A stretch of DNA of 64,000 nucleotides from an uncultured Pseudomonadota bacterium (GCA_963847705.1 CAWKBC010000001.1:128001-192000); one strand, 5' to 3'. Shown: positions 50,033 to 60,367, numbered from the stretch's first letter. Program-made: numbers and translations. The notes: a model not told the origin generated them from the letters alone.

Positions 50033-50584
50033 GTGAGTCATCTGCGCCTCATTCCCCGAGCAGCTCCGCAGATGTCGCCCGACGATGCCTGCCTCGGTGC
50101 CTTCCAGCAGGAGCTCGGTTACATCTACCGATCGTTCCGGCGACTCGGCACCCCTCCCTCGGAGGTGGAGGACCTGACTCAGGATCTGTTCGTGGCGCTC
50201 CGAAGAGCCTGGAGCAAGTACGACTCCACCCGTCCCCTGCGCCCCTACCTGTTTGGGTTCGCCTTCCGGATCGCGGCTGCCCACGAGCGTAAGCGGACAC
50301 GCGAGGTGGCGTCCGGCCTGGTCCAGCTGGACGACACCGGGCCGGGGGCAGAGGAGGAGCTCCAATCCCATCAGACGCGCCGGCTGGTGCTGGCGGCGCT
50401 CAACCGGATTCCGCTTCCCAGGCGTGCCGTTCTCGTCATGCACGAGCTCGATGACGTTCCGGTGGCCGAGGTGGCCTCCACCCTCTCGATCCCCCTCTTC
50501 ACCGTCTACTCGCGGTTGCGGAAGGCCCGTCGAGAGCTCCAGACGGGAATTCGGCGCCTGCTGAGGGAAGCGGGCGGCGAGTGA
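50033..50584 (+). CDS. ECF RNA polymerase sigma factor
   Basis: VEDLTQDLF, LRPYLFGFA, RRAVLVMHEL, EVASTLSIPLFTVYSRLRKAR. Confidence 0.92.
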   Translation: MSHLRLIPRAAPQMSPDDACLGAFQQELGYIYRSFRRLGTPPSEVEDLTQDLFVALRRAWSKYDSTRPLRPYLFGFAFRIAAAHERKRTREVASGLVQLDDTGPGAEEELQSHQTRRLVLAALNRIPLPRRAVLVMHELDDVPVAEVASTLSIPLFTVYSRLRKARRELQTGIRRLLREAGGE

Positions 50585-51255
50585 TCGAATCGAAGGGAAG
50601 ACTTCCCCCAGCGGTGCGGGCGCTGCTGGATCGAGAGCGTCAGATTTCGGACCTGCCCGCCGCCGCCCGTGCCAGGATGCTCTCTCGTGCGCGCGCTGCG
50701 CTGGCCGCGGGGGTGGCCAGGCAGCCAATCCCGCCGAGGGCACCCTCAGCAGTTCGATGGGCGGCGGCGGCGGGGCTGGCCTGCGTGGCAGCCGTGGCGT
50801 CGGGCGCGGCCGCTTACAGCGTCGGCGTCCACGCCCGGCCGGTCGCGCCCGGCCTCCCGACGCCGCCCGCGCAATCCCCCACCGCCCGCTCGGACGCGGG
50901 AGACGGGCCGATCGTCGACCTGCGCCCTGCGCCGGCGCTCGCCGCGAAGCCGACCCGCCCCTCGGCTGGCGCTGGCCGGGCGGAGCTGCGTCTCCTCCAG
51001 CAGGCGCGGGCGGCCGTGGCGCGAGAGGATTTCATGCTGGCGCTCCAGCTGCTGGGCGAACACGCGCACCGCTTCAGAACGGGGCGGTTGGTGGAAGAGA
51101 GGGAAGCTCTGCGCGTCAAGTCCCTGGCGGGTCTTGGGCGCCGCGGGGCCGCCCGCCGTGCAGCGGCCGATTTCGAAGCCAACTTTCCGCGCAGCCCCCT
51201 TCTGCCCAGCGTCAGCGACATGCTCGATTCGTCCGCAGAGAATGAACGAAATTGA
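50581..51255 (+). CDS. Putative anti-sigma factor (single TM, Pro-rich linker, TPR-like C-terminus)
   Basis: GTGA overlap with the sigma gene; TM helix; EEREALRVKSL...FEANFPRSP. Confidence 0.7.
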   Translation: MIESKGRLPPAVRALLDRERQISDLPAAARARMLSRARAALAAGVARQPIPPRAPSAVRWAAAAGLACVAAVASGAAAYSVGVHARPVAPGLPTPPAQSPTARSDAGDGPIVDLRPAPALAAKPTRPSAGAGRAELRLLQQARAAVAREDFMLALQLLGEHAHRFRTGRLVEEREALRVKSLAGLGRRGAARRAAADFEANFPRSPLLPSVSDMLDSSAENERN

Positions 51256-51434
51256 GTCACGGCCGCGGGCGGCAACTCCTCGGGGCTAGCCACCACATTC
51301 CGTTTTCGCGGCCGGCGCCGGGCCAGGCAAGATCCAACGGGACTGGCTGTCGCCAGGTTCGCTAGGCCTGGCGCGACATGCCAGCATGCGAGGGTGTCGC
51401 CGTCTCAATCGCGAGGCTGTCGGAAAAATATCTC

Positions 51435-52475
51435 GTGAGGTGGCTCCTGTTCAGCTTGTCCTTGATGGCTCCCGCGTCGACGCTCCTCGGAACGACCGCC
51501 TGGGCCGCTTCGCCGACGACCGTCACGCTCGATTACCAGGTCGATCCAGAGGTGACTGGATGTCCGGCGGCGGCGGAGTTTCGGAGCACCGTGGAGCGCC
51601 AGCTTGGCTACGATCCGTTTCGGGCTGTCGCTGAACGGCGGGTCGCCGTCCAGATAGGGCGCAGGGGCGCCAGCTTCGACGGACGGATCAAATGGAGCGA
51701 CGACCATGGACGATGGGTGGGCGATCGCCAACTGGCTTCGCGACGCCCGGGGTGCGCCGATCTCGCGGCCAGCCTGGCTTTCTCGGTGGCGGTGCAGATA
51801 CAGCTCATCGCGGCGCTTGCGCCGTCCACGCCGGAGCCGCCCGCTCCGGTGCAGACCCCCGTCGCTCCTCCCGCCCCGGCGATGGTGTCGGAGCAACCTC
51901 CGATCTCTCCTGCGCAACCTCTCCCGCCGGCGGGCAAAGTCGCCGCGCCGCCAACCCCGGAACCGCGCTCGGCGGAACATGCGCGGCGTCTGAAGCTATT
52001 CCTCGGCGTTGGTCCCTCGCTGACTCTGTGGTCGGCGCCTCATCCCACGGGACTCGGCCGGATCTTCGCCAGCGGACGGGTCTCCTGGATCTCGGTCGAG
52101 ATCGCCCTGGACGCCGCGTTGCCGGCAACCCAAAGAGAGGCCGACGGAAGCGGCTTTTCACTCGACCGGTTCGCGGCTGGTGCGGCCGTGTGTGGTCACG
52201 CATCGGCCTTGGCCGCCTGCCTCACGACGACGGTGGGTCTGCTGCGGGCCCGTGGGCTCGAGGTGGACGCTCCTGCTTCGTCCTCCGGCCTCTTCTCCCA
52301 GCTGGGGGCCCGGATTGGGGTGGCGGAAAATCTCGGTCGCTACTTCGTCGCCGCCAGAACGGACGCGCTCGTCATGCTCTCCTCGTGGTCGGTGAGGCTC
52401 AATGACACCGCCGTCTGGACGACACCCCGCGTCGGCCTCGTCGTCGGCTTCGACCTCGGCGTGCGCTTTTTCTGA
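51435..52475 (+). CDS. Secreted protein with a probable C-terminal outer-membrane beta-barrel
   Basis: Signal peptide; Cys-pair N-terminal domain; Pro linker; amphipathic strands ending GFDLGVRFF. Confidence 0.55.
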   Translation: MRWLLFSLSLMAPASTLLGTTAWAASPTTVTLDYQVDPEVTGCPAAAEFRSTVERQLGYDPFRAVAERRVAVQIGRRGASFDGRIKWSDDHGRWVGDRQLASRRPGCADLAASLAFSVAVQIQLIAALAPSTPEPPAPVQTPVAPPAPAMVSEQPPISPAQPLPPAGKVAAPPTPEPRSAEHARRLKLFLGVGPSLTLWSAPHPTGLGRIFASGRVSWISVEIALDAALPATQREADGSGFSLDRFAAGAAVCGHASALAACLTTTVGLLRARGLEVDAPASSSGLFSQLGARIGVAENLGRYFVAARTDALVMLSSWSVRLNDTAVWTTPRVGLVVGFDLGVRFF

Positions 52476-52508
52476 GAAGACCTTTTGTCTGCGAGCACCT
52501 ACAATCCG

Positions 52509-53066
52509 ATGCAGTCCGTGCGTCAATTGCGCCTAGTGCCGTCACCCTCTCCAGCGGTGACCCCTGACGAGGCCTGCCTGGAGGCCTTTCTGCGCGAGCT
52601 CGACTACGTGCACCGAACGTTGCGCCGCCTCGGCACCTCCCCGTCGGAGACGGACGATCTGGCGCAGGAGGTGTTCCTCGCTCTGCGCAATTGCTGGAGC
52701 AAGTACGATCCCGAGCGGCCGTTGCGCCCGTATCTGTTCGGGATCGCCTTCCGGATCGCGCTGGCGCACCACCGCAAGAGAAACCGCGAGGTGGCATTCG
52801 AGGTCGTCGAGGTCAGCGACACCGGTCCTGGACCCGATGATGTGCTCCAGAGCAAGCAGGCCCGTGCGCTGGTGTTGGCGGCTCTCGAGCACATTCCTCT
52901 GCGACGACGTGCCGTGCTGCTCATGCACGATCTCGACGAGGTCCCCGCCGAGGAGGTCGCCGCGGCGCTCGGAATCCCGAAGTTCACCGTCTACTCGCGC
53001 CTGCGAAAGGCCCGCCGCGAGATGGAGACCGCCGTGCGGCGACTGACGAAGCCGAGGACCCGATGA
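52509..53066 (+). CDS. ECF RNA polymerase sigma factor (close paralog of 50033)
   Basis: DDLAQEVF, LRPYLFGIA, RRAVLLMHDL, GIPKFTVYSRLRKAR. Confidence 0.92.
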   Translation: MQSVRQLRLVPSPSPAVTPDEACLEAFLRELDYVHRTLRRLGTSPSETDDLAQEVFLALRNCWSKYDPERPLRPYLFGIAFRIALAHHRKRNREVAFEVVEVSDTGPGPDDVLQSKQARALVLAALEHIPLRRRAVLLMHDLDEVPAEEVAAALGIPKFTVYSRLRKARREMETAVRRLTKPRTR

Positions 53067-53737
53067 CCATGCGTTCCGACATGCCCCCCGAGCTCCGCAC
53101 GCTGCTCGACCAGGAGCGGGTCATCCCGCCTCTTCCGTCCTCGCAACGGGCGCGCGCCATGGCCCGGGCGCGGGCAGCCCTGGCCACGCCAGCCAAGGCC
53201 ACCGCTGCACCGTTCGGCGCGCCGCCGCGTCTCCGGTGGGCCACAGCGGCGGCGGCTGTCCTGGTGGTCAGCGCGGCGGTCGCCGCCGCCGCATACGAGA
53301 TCCACACCCGGTTCGCGCCCGGACCGACGACTGGTCCGGCAGCGGTAGCCTCGGTGCCCAAGGTCGTGGCGAACGCCCCCTCTCCGTCGCCGCCTGCGGG
53401 GGCGCTCCCCGAACTGCCCCCTGCGCCGGCACCCACCGTCGCGGCACCGGTCCAGTCGCCGGCGGATGCGGCGCGCGAGGAGCTGCATCTCATGCGGCAG
53501 GCGCGCGCGGCGGTCGCGCGCGGTGACTTCGCAGCGGCGCTCGCGCCTCTCGCCGAGCACGCGCGCCTCTGCAAGAACGGTCGGCTCGTCGAGGAACGGG
53601 AGGCGCTGCGCGTGAAGGCGCTCATGGGCCTCGGCCGCTCCGAAGAGGCGCGTCGCGCGGCGGCCGCTTTCCGCGCACGTTTCCCGCGCAGCGTTCTCTT
53701 GCCGGCAGTCGGTCAGATGCCGGTTTCGCGACCGTGA
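53063..53737 (+). CDS. Putative anti-sigma factor (paralog of 50581)
   Basis: ATGA overlap; TM helix; EEREALRVKAL...FRARFPRS. Confidence 0.7.
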   Translation: MTMRSDMPPELRTLLDQERVIPPLPSSQRARAMARARAALATPAKATAAPFGAPPRLRWATAAAAVLVVSAAVAAAAYEIHTRFAPGPTTGPAAVASVPKVVANAPSPSPPAGALPELPPAPAPTVAAPVQSPADAAREELHLMRQARAAVARGDFAAALAPLAEHARLCKNGRLVEEREALRVKALMGLGRSEEARRAAAAFRARFPRSVLLPAVGQMPVSRP

Positions 53738-54756
53738 TCGGGGCTGGGCTTCGTCCGCCCGGCGGACGGCTGCCAGTCGCGCTTCGCTTGGTTCTCGTTC
53801 TGGTGGCGGCGAGCTGCTCCGGCACGCTCGACGCTGGCAAGGACATTCCCCACGGGATGCTCCCGGTCGACGAGCGGAACCCGGTGATCATCTACAACGA
53901 CTCCTCGATCGACAACTGGATGGGAGAGTACGCATTCCTGCTGGCGAACAGCGGAGGACCTCCGGTGGCCGGACTTGTCGCGACGGCCAGCGGCTACTGG
54001 CACAACGTCAACGACAACGCCAGCGGTTGGAGCAACGTGTTGACCGCCGCGCAGTCGAGCGGGTTGAAGAACATTCCGGCGACGGTCATCACGAGCACGA
54101 ACAATCCTCCGCTCACGCGACCCATGGACGGACAGATCGACGACACTGCGCCCAACAACTCGGCCGGCGCTTCGTTGATCGTGAATCTGTCGCGCGAGCT
54201 GAGCCTGCCGTGGCGTCCGGTCGTCGTCTTGGCGGGCACGCAAATGACCGACGTCGCCGACGCCTATCTGATCGATCACAGCGTCGCCGAGCGGGTGGTC
54301 GTGGTGGCGGCGCTCGGAACCTACGCCGCGCCGAACGGTGTCATGGCTGCACCCAACGGCGAGCTCGACCCGTGGGCCGACTGGATCGTGGCCCAGCGGT
54401 TCCAGTACGTGCAGGTCAGCGCCTTTTACGATCAGACGGTGGATGTGACGACGGCTGAGCTCCCCGATCTGCCGTCCAATGCACTGGGTGCCGAGATGGC
54501 CGCGAAGCAACCCAACATCTTCACCATCACCACCGCGGCCGATCAGGTGAGCGTCCTGGCCGTCGCCTTACCCGCCTTCGTTGGCGCGGTGCAACGAGCG
54601 GTCCCCGACACCACGGCCGCCTTCGATTCCACCCAGGGCCCGCCATTGATTCCGGCCGCGAACGGCAACGTCTGGATCGTCACGCAGATCGCCGCGCCGC
54701 TCGCCGGCGCCACTCTCTGGCAGATGCTGCTCGATCGCACCCTCTTCGGCGGCTGA
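53734..54756 (+). CDS. Lipoprotein of unknown function, possibly nucleoside-hydrolase-like fold
   Basis: Lipobox AASC; VIIYND..D, GASLIV, VVVLAG..TDVADAYL.D..VAERVVVV, NGELDPWA echo the IU-NH fold. Confidence 0.45.
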   Translation: MIGAGLRPPGGRLPVALRLVLVLVAASCSGTLDAGKDIPHGMLPVDERNPVIIYNDSSIDNWMGEYAFLLANSGGPPVAGLVATASGYWHNVNDNASGWSNVLTAAQSSGLKNIPATVITSTNNPPLTRPMDGQIDDTAPNNSAGASLIVNLSRELSLPWRPVVVLAGTQMTDVADAYLIDHSVAERVVVVAALGTYAAPNGVMAAPNGELDPWADWIVAQRFQYVQVSAFYDQTVDVTTAELPDLPSNALGAEMAAKQPNIFTITTAADQVSVLAVALPAFVGAVQRAVPDTTAAFDSTQGPPLIPAANGNVWIVTQIAAPLAGATLWQMLLDRTLFGG

Positions 54757-54890
54757 CCGCCCGACGACGGTCGCGACGGAAGCCGGCGCAGTTTTCCCTC
54801 AACAAAACGACGGCCGCCAGCAGTTCCAGTGTGGTCGCCGTCCGCGCTCTGCGGACAGGCCCCCCCAGACCTGCGGCCAAGGAGAGCTTC

Positions 54891-56371
54891 GTGCAACAGA
54901 CTGCGTCCCGTTTCAAGAAGACGTTCCGGATCGCTGCGCCAGTTCTGGCGGCCCTCATCGCCGGGTGTGGAGCAGCGGACACCGACGGCGGTGAGAGTGG
55001 CTCTGGTGGCCGCCTGGGGACCGGAGGAATGGTTGGCGGGGGAGGGGAGACGGCGTCCGGAGGGAACGGCGGGACGAGAACGGCGGCCGGGGGGACGTTC
55101 GGCTCTGGCGGGATCGGCACCGCGACAGGCGGAAGCGTCGGGGGAGGTGGCGCGGCTGGCAGCGGACCGGCGGGGTCGGGCGGCGCCACGGCGACCGGCG
55201 GGCATCTCGGCTCCGGGGGAGCGGGAAACGGCGGCGCAGGTGGAGGGAGCAGCGGTGGCGGCACGGGAAGCGGCGGGGCTGCTGGGACGGGCGGGACGAG
55301 CGGCGGGGGGACGAGCGGCAGCGGCGGCAAAGGCGGCGGCGGGACACCCGGCTCGGGCGGCACCGCCGGCTCGGCCGGCGCGGGGGGAGCGTCGGGGGCC
55401 CTCGGGCCGTGCGACATCTACCAATCGGCGGGCACTCCCTGCGTGGCGGCCCACAGCACCGTCCGTGCGCTCTATGCCGCCTACAAGGGCGCCCTCTACC
55501 AGGTCCGGCGAGCTTCAGACAATTCTACGAAGGACGTCCCGGTGCTCAACGCCGGAGGGTTCGCTGACGTCTCCGTTCAAAATACTTTCTGCTCCGGCAC
55601 GAAGTGCACCATCTCGATCCTCTACGACCAGTCGACGAACCACAACAACCTCGTCAAGTCGGGCGTCGCGCATTGGTTGCCGAACGGAGGAACCGAAGCC
55701 GATGCCGCGGCCGGACAGATCACGGTCAGCGGTCACACGGTTCACGGAATCTACGTCACCGGCGACTCCACGAACGTCGCTTACAGAAACAACGCCACGA
55801 CGGGGGTGGCGAAGGGAGATCAGGCGGAGGCGATGTACATGGTGGTGGACGGCAAGCGCACCAGCGACCAGTGCTGCTTCGACTACGGAAACGCCGAGAC
55901 CACCGGGGTCGACGACGGCAACGGCACGATGGAGGCCGTGTACTGGGGGTCCGACACCACCTGGGGGGGAAGGGCGAAGGCAACGGCCCGTGGGTGGCCG
56001 CCGACCTCGAGAATGGGATGTTCAAGAGCAACCAGGGCGGATGGCAAACCACCTCGACGTCGCCGAACGACAAGTCGGTGGTCGCGGCCTTCGCGACCGC
56101 GATGTTGAAAGGTCCGTCCGGGAATCATTTCACGCTCAAGGCTGCGGACGCGCAGTCTGGCGCCCTGACCACGATGTGGGACAGCGTGCGTCCATCTCCC
56201 GGCTACAGTCCCAAGAAGTTGGAGGGGGCGATCATCTTGGGAACGGGCGGGGACGGAAGCAATGGCGGCACGGGAACCTTCTTCGAAGGAGCCATGACCA
56301 GCGGCAATCCGTCGGACGCGACCGACGCCGCCATCCAGGCCAACATCGTGGCGGCGGGCTATGGGCGCTGA
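54891..56371 (+). CDS. abfB: GH54-like lipoprotein, split by a 1-nt deletion in a G run near 55965
   Basis: Lipobox IAGC; GPCDIY, CCFDYGN, TMEAVYWG, then in another frame ADLENG, GGDGS, GTFFEG; break lies at CTGGGGGGGAAG. Confidence 0.82.
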
Positions 56372-56448
56372 GGTCCCGTCGTCGAGAAAAGTGAGCTAGT
56401 TCTCGCGAATCGGGCCACTGCGGGGTACTCGGAAGACAGCCACGCGCG

Positions 56449-57081
56449 ATGCCGATCCCCCGTTCCAAGCCACCTCTCTCACTGGTCGTCGGCGGAGCTC
56501 CCCGCGACGCCAGCGATCGCGACCTGGCAGCCGGTCTCGTCGCGGGAGAGGAGTGGGCCGTCTCTGAAACCTGGCGCCGGTTCGCGCCCATGGTTCTCAT
56601 GGCCGCCGAGCGTATCCTTGGTTCGAGCTCCGAGGCCGAGGACGTCGCCCAGGACGTGTTTTGCCTGGTCTTTCAGCGCGTGAGAACGCTCCGGCAGTTC
56701 GGAAGCTTTCGGAGCTTCGTCTATTCCTTCGCCGTCCGGCGGCTGCGGGAGGAGCTGCGCCGCCGCAAGCGACGTCACTGGCTGTCGCTCTTCGGTGCCG
56801 CCCAGCCGGACGCGCCAGATCTCCGATCCGCGGATCTGGAGTCCCGGGACGTGTTGCGGCGGTTCGACCGGTTGCTCGATCGGCTTTCGGCCCGCGACAG
56901 GCTGGTGTTCGTCCTCAGGCGCATGGACGACATGACGATCGAGGAGATCGCCGGGACGATGGATCTGTCGACGTCGACGGTGAAGCGCGCGATGGCACAC
57001 GCCTCCGAGCGGCTGTCCCGCTGGGTCGCGGCCGACTCGGGCCTTGCCGCCCTGGCGGGGGGGAAACGATGGGAAAAGTAA
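56449..57081 (+). CDS. ECF RNA polymerase sigma factor
   Basis: AEDVAQDVF, FRSFVYSFA, RLVFVLR, EEIAGTMDLSTSTVKR. Confidence 0.9.
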   Translation: MPIPRSKPPLSLVVGGAPRDASDRDLAAGLVAGEEWAVSETWRRFAPMVLMAAERILGSSSEAEDVAQDVFCLVFQRVRTLRQFGSFRSFVYSFAVRRLREELRRRKRRHWLSLFGAAQPDAPDLRSADLESRDVLRRFDRLLDRLSARDRLVFVLRRMDDMTIEEIAGTMDLSTSTVKRAMAHASERLSRWVAADSGLAALAGGKRWEK

Positions 57082-58412
57082 CGGCGGGGGCCGACGGCCC
57101 ATTCGCGGGCGACCCGGGCGATCATCCGGCCCTGTCGTCGCTGGTCGAGCTGAGCCGCGACGCGGTGAAACCACCCAGCGAGGCGCAGCTGGAACGAGGA
57201 TTGATCGAGGTGCGGGAGCGCCTGGCCGAGGTTCGTTCGCGCGGCCGCGTCTGGCGGCGGGCTGCGGTCGCCGGAGCGGCGGCGGCGGTCCTGCTTGCGA
57301 CCGGGATCTGGGGAGTGTCGGTGTTTCGGAGTGGTGCGATTTTGGGCCCGCTGGCCGTCGATCGGCCGGTGACGGTTGATCGGATCGAAGGCGGGGAGTT
57401 GCTGGACGGAGGTTATCTTTCCGAATCGGGACATGGGGGCGTCGGTGTGTTCTTCAATGAAGGAAGCTCATTCCTGCTTGCGCCGGGAACCCGGGGTCGC
57501 TTGCGCGAGGTCTCCAAGGACGGCGCCCGCTTTGCGCTCGAGGACGGCGGGGCGTCGTTCCAGATCACGCCGAACGGGGCCCGCCGGTGGTCGGTCGAGG
57601 CCGGACCTTTCCTGGTGACCGTCAAGGGGACCGTCTTCAACGCCGCGTGGGATCCGGTCAGCGAGCGCTTCGAGCTGTCTCTGCGTCGAGGTCGCGTGGT
57701 GGTCAGCGGGCCGGTCGCGGGCGGGGCCATTCCCCTTCGCGCTGGACAGCACCTCGTCATCGTCCTGCCCCGAGCAGAGATGGTCATCACTGAAGAACGG
57801 TCACAGGAGCCGCCAGAGGAGCAGGCCCGGGAGGGCCCGCCGACTGAGATGCCCGCGGCTGCGGCGGCGCCCTCCGCGAAGCATCCGGCCGCGCGGACGA
57901 ACATGGCCGGTGGCGCGGCACCTCTCGTCTCCAGCACCAGCGCGGGGCGACGCTGGGCCGAGCTGATGGCCGCTGGACACTGGGACCAGATCCTGGCCGA
58001 CGTCGATCGCCAGGGGATCGACGCCGCGCTGGAGTCTGCCTCCAGCGAGGACTTGCTGGCGCTCGCCGATGCCGCTCGCTATCGGCGCCGCGCGGGTCTG
58101 GCGCGCGCGGCGCTCCTCGCCCAGCGACGCCGCTACCCTGGCTCGGTCCGGGCGCTGGACGCGCTGTTCCTGCTCGGTCGGGTCGAGGAGCTGAGCTCAG
58201 ACGGTGCCGCGCGTGCGATCGCGTTTTATGACGACTATCTCGAGCGTGCGCCCCGGGGCGGATATGCGGCGGAGGCGCTGGGGCGCAAGATGATCCTCAC
58301 CAACGACCTCGGCGGTCCGGGCAAGGCGCGGCCGCTCGCCGACGAGTATCTGCGTCGCTTTCCCAGCGGCAGCTACGCGGGGTCGGCGCGGGCGCTCGGC
58401 CGCGTACCGTAG
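57069..58412 (+). CDS. FecR-domain anti-sigma factor with C-terminal TPR-like domain
   Basis: TM helix; FNEGSSF.L, LEDG, VEAGPFLVTVKGTVF (FecR); RRYPGS...ALFLLGR...YLRRFPSG. Confidence 0.82.
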   Translation: MGKVTAGADGPFAGDPGDHPALSSLVELSRDAVKPPSEAQLERGLIEVRERLAEVRSRGRVWRRAAVAGAAAAVLLATGIWGVSVFRSGAILGPLAVDRPVTVDRIEGGELLDGGYLSESGHGGVGVFFNEGSSFLLAPGTRGRLREVSKDGARFALEDGGASFQITPNGARRWSVEAGPFLVTVKGTVFNAAWDPVSERFELSLRRGRVVVSGPVAGGAIPLRAGQHLVIVLPRAEMVITEERSQEPPEEQAREGPPTEMPAAAAAPSAKHPAARTNMAGGAAPLVSSTSAGRRWAELMAAGHWDQILADVDRQGIDAALESASSEDLLALADAARYRRRAGLARAALLAQRRRYPGSVRALDALFLLGRVEELSSDGAARAIAFYDDYLERAPRGGYAAEALGRKMILTNDLGGPGKARPLADEYLRRFPSGSYAGSARALGRVP

Positions 58413-58418
58413 GGCATC

Positions 58419-59441
58419 GTGGTGGCCCTGGCGCCCACGGTCTTGCTGACGTCACTCGCCTGTCTGTGGGGGGCTCGTCTCGAGGCGGCCACCGTCCTGA
58501 TCGTGCGCCCGGCCTCTCCTTCGGCCGAGCTGACCGAGACGGTCTCGCGGCTACACGGCGAGATGTTGTCGGTGGGGTTGGCCGTCACGATCGACGAGCG
58601 CCCTCGAACGGACGCCTCGAGCGCGCCCGCCTGGTTGGAGGGCGTGGCGCTCGACCGCGGGATCGACGCGGCGATCGACGTGATCGGCGGTGGGCGGGTG
58701 CAAGCGGCCGACATCTGGGTGTTCCATCCTGCGCCGCGGCCGCCGCAGGTCACCCGCGTGATGGTCGAGCCGGACGTCGAGAACGCGCCGGCGCGCCTGG
58801 CCATTCGCGCCATCGATGTTCTTCGCTCGTTGCTCATCGAAAGAGAGCTGGCGGTCGCACCGACGGTGCCGTCGCCGGCGACGCCCGCGGTGGTGGTCGC
58901 CACCGACGCTTCACCGGTCCACGCCGGCGTGCAGATCGGGTTCGAGCTGGGCGCGGCAGCGCTGGCCAGCCTGGACGGCGTCGGCCCCGCGATCTTGCCG
59001 CTCCTTCGCATCGACGCGGCGGTGAGTCCATGGCTGGGGCTACAAGCCGAGGCAGCGGGATTCGGAACGCGCCCCACGGTGGGAGCGCCGGGGGCCAGCG
59101 CGCGGGTCGCCCAGCAGTATGCGCTGGCCGGAGCGTGCATCTGCGCGCCTTCGATGGCGCGCCTGCGGCTGGTCGCGGGCCTTTCGGCCGGCGCCCTGCG
59201 GACGGCGGCCGACGGCGAGGCAGCGGCGCCGTTGCAGGGGCACTCGGTCGCGCAGTGGTCCTTCGTGCTCGAGGCGAGTGTCGGTGCGCGCTTGCGGCTC
59301 GCCAGGCGCGCCCACCTCACGGCCGCCGTGCACGTTCAGGTCGCCGAGCCCTACGTCGACGTCCGCGTGGTGAACGCAGGATCCGCCACCAGCGGTCGCC
59401 CCAACGTCCTCGTGACCTTCGCCGTCGGTGAGTGGTTGTGA
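58419..59441 (+). CDS. Secreted protein with a probable C-terminal beta-barrel
   Basis: Signal peptide; N-terminal domain (LAIRAIDVLRS); Pro linker; amphipathic strands; same layout as 51435. Confidence 0.5.
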   Translation: MVALAPTVLLTSLACLWGARLEAATVLIVRPASPSAELTETVSRLHGEMLSVGLAVTIDERPRTDASSAPAWLEGVALDRGIDAAIDVIGGGRVQAADIWVFHPAPRPPQVTRVMVEPDVENAPARLAIRAIDVLRSLLIERELAVAPTVPSPATPAVVVATDASPVHAGVQIGFELGAAALASLDGVGPAILPLLRIDAAVSPWLGLQAEAAGFGTRPTVGAPGASARVAQQYALAGACICAPSMARLRLVAGLSAGALRTAADGEAAAPLQGHSVAQWSFVLEASVGARLRLARRAHLTAAVHVQVAEPYVDVRVVNAGSATSGRPNVLVTFAVGEWL

Positions 59442-60367
59442 CGGGCGGCGCGCGCTGGTCTGCCCTGGTTGCGCTGGCGGTGGCCCTCGCGCAGGTGGCC
59501 TGTTCGCGCGCCACCCTGGACGCCGTGACCGGCGCTCCCGCCGACGCCGCGGCCGATGCGCTCCTCTCGGCCGGATGCGCGTCGCCTGGGCTCCCGGCCG
59601 GCGATATGACGCGGACGCTGCAGGTGGGGACGGTGTCGCGCAGCTACGTCCTCCACCTGCCGGCGGCGTACGACGGCACGAAGGCCGCGCCGCTGGTCCT
59701 CGATTTCCACGGTATCGGCGGCACCGGCGCGAGCGAGCTGGCGAGCTCACCCTATCCGCCGCTGCTCGATCCCACCGGAGTGGTCATGGCGTTTCCCGAC
59801 GGGTTGAAGGGGCCCGCCGGCACCGCCTGGAACGTCGGTCCCTGCTGCGTGGCGGGCGTGGACGACGTGGCGTTCGCCCGCGCGGTGGTGGCCGACGTCG
59901 GACAGGCGGCCTGCATCGACGCGAATCGCGTCTACGCCGTGGGCGTGCTGACGGGCGGCGGGATGGCCTACTATCTCGCCTGCCAGGCCGCCGATCTCTT
60001 CGCGGCCGCGGCGCCCGCCGCGTTCGACATGCTGGCCGAGAACGTGGGCACGTGTCTCCCGTCGCGGGCCATCAGCGTCGTCTCCTTCCGGGGGACTGCC
60101 GACCCACGCGTCCCGTACGCGGGCGGCGCCTCGTCGCTGGTGCCGGGGATGCCGGTCACCTTCCTGGGCGCGGTGGGGTCGTTTCAGGCCTGGGCGCAGA
60201 TCGATCACTGTGCCGGGGCGGCCTCTTCTGCCGACGCGAACGGGTGCGCTCACTACTCCGGCTGTGAGGACGGGGTGGAGGTCATCCTCTGCAGCAAGCA
60301 AGGGGGGATGGATGATCCCGGGGATCCAACGATTGCCTGGCCAGTTCTCAGGCGGCACGCGCTCTGA
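59438..60367 (+). CDS. Esterase-fold lipoprotein lacking catalytic Ser and His (pseudo-enzyme; paralog of 32036)
   Basis: Aligns along its catalytic domain with 32036, but GFSMGG is GVLTGG and GGH is GGM. Confidence 0.8.
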   Translation: MTGGARWSALVALAVALAQVACSRATLDAVTGAPADAAADALLSAGCASPGLPAGDMTRTLQVGTVSRSYVLHLPAAYDGTKAAPLVLDFHGIGGTGASELASSPYPPLLDPTGVVMAFPDGLKGPAGTAWNVGPCCVAGVDDVAFARAVVADVGQAACIDANRVYAVGVLTGGGMAYYLACQAADLFAAAAPAAFDMLAENVGTCLPSRAISVVSFRGTADPRVPYAGGASSLVPGMPVTFLGAVGSFQAWAQIDHCAGAASSADANGCAHYSGCEDGVEVILCSKQGGMDDPGDPTIAWPVLRRHAL

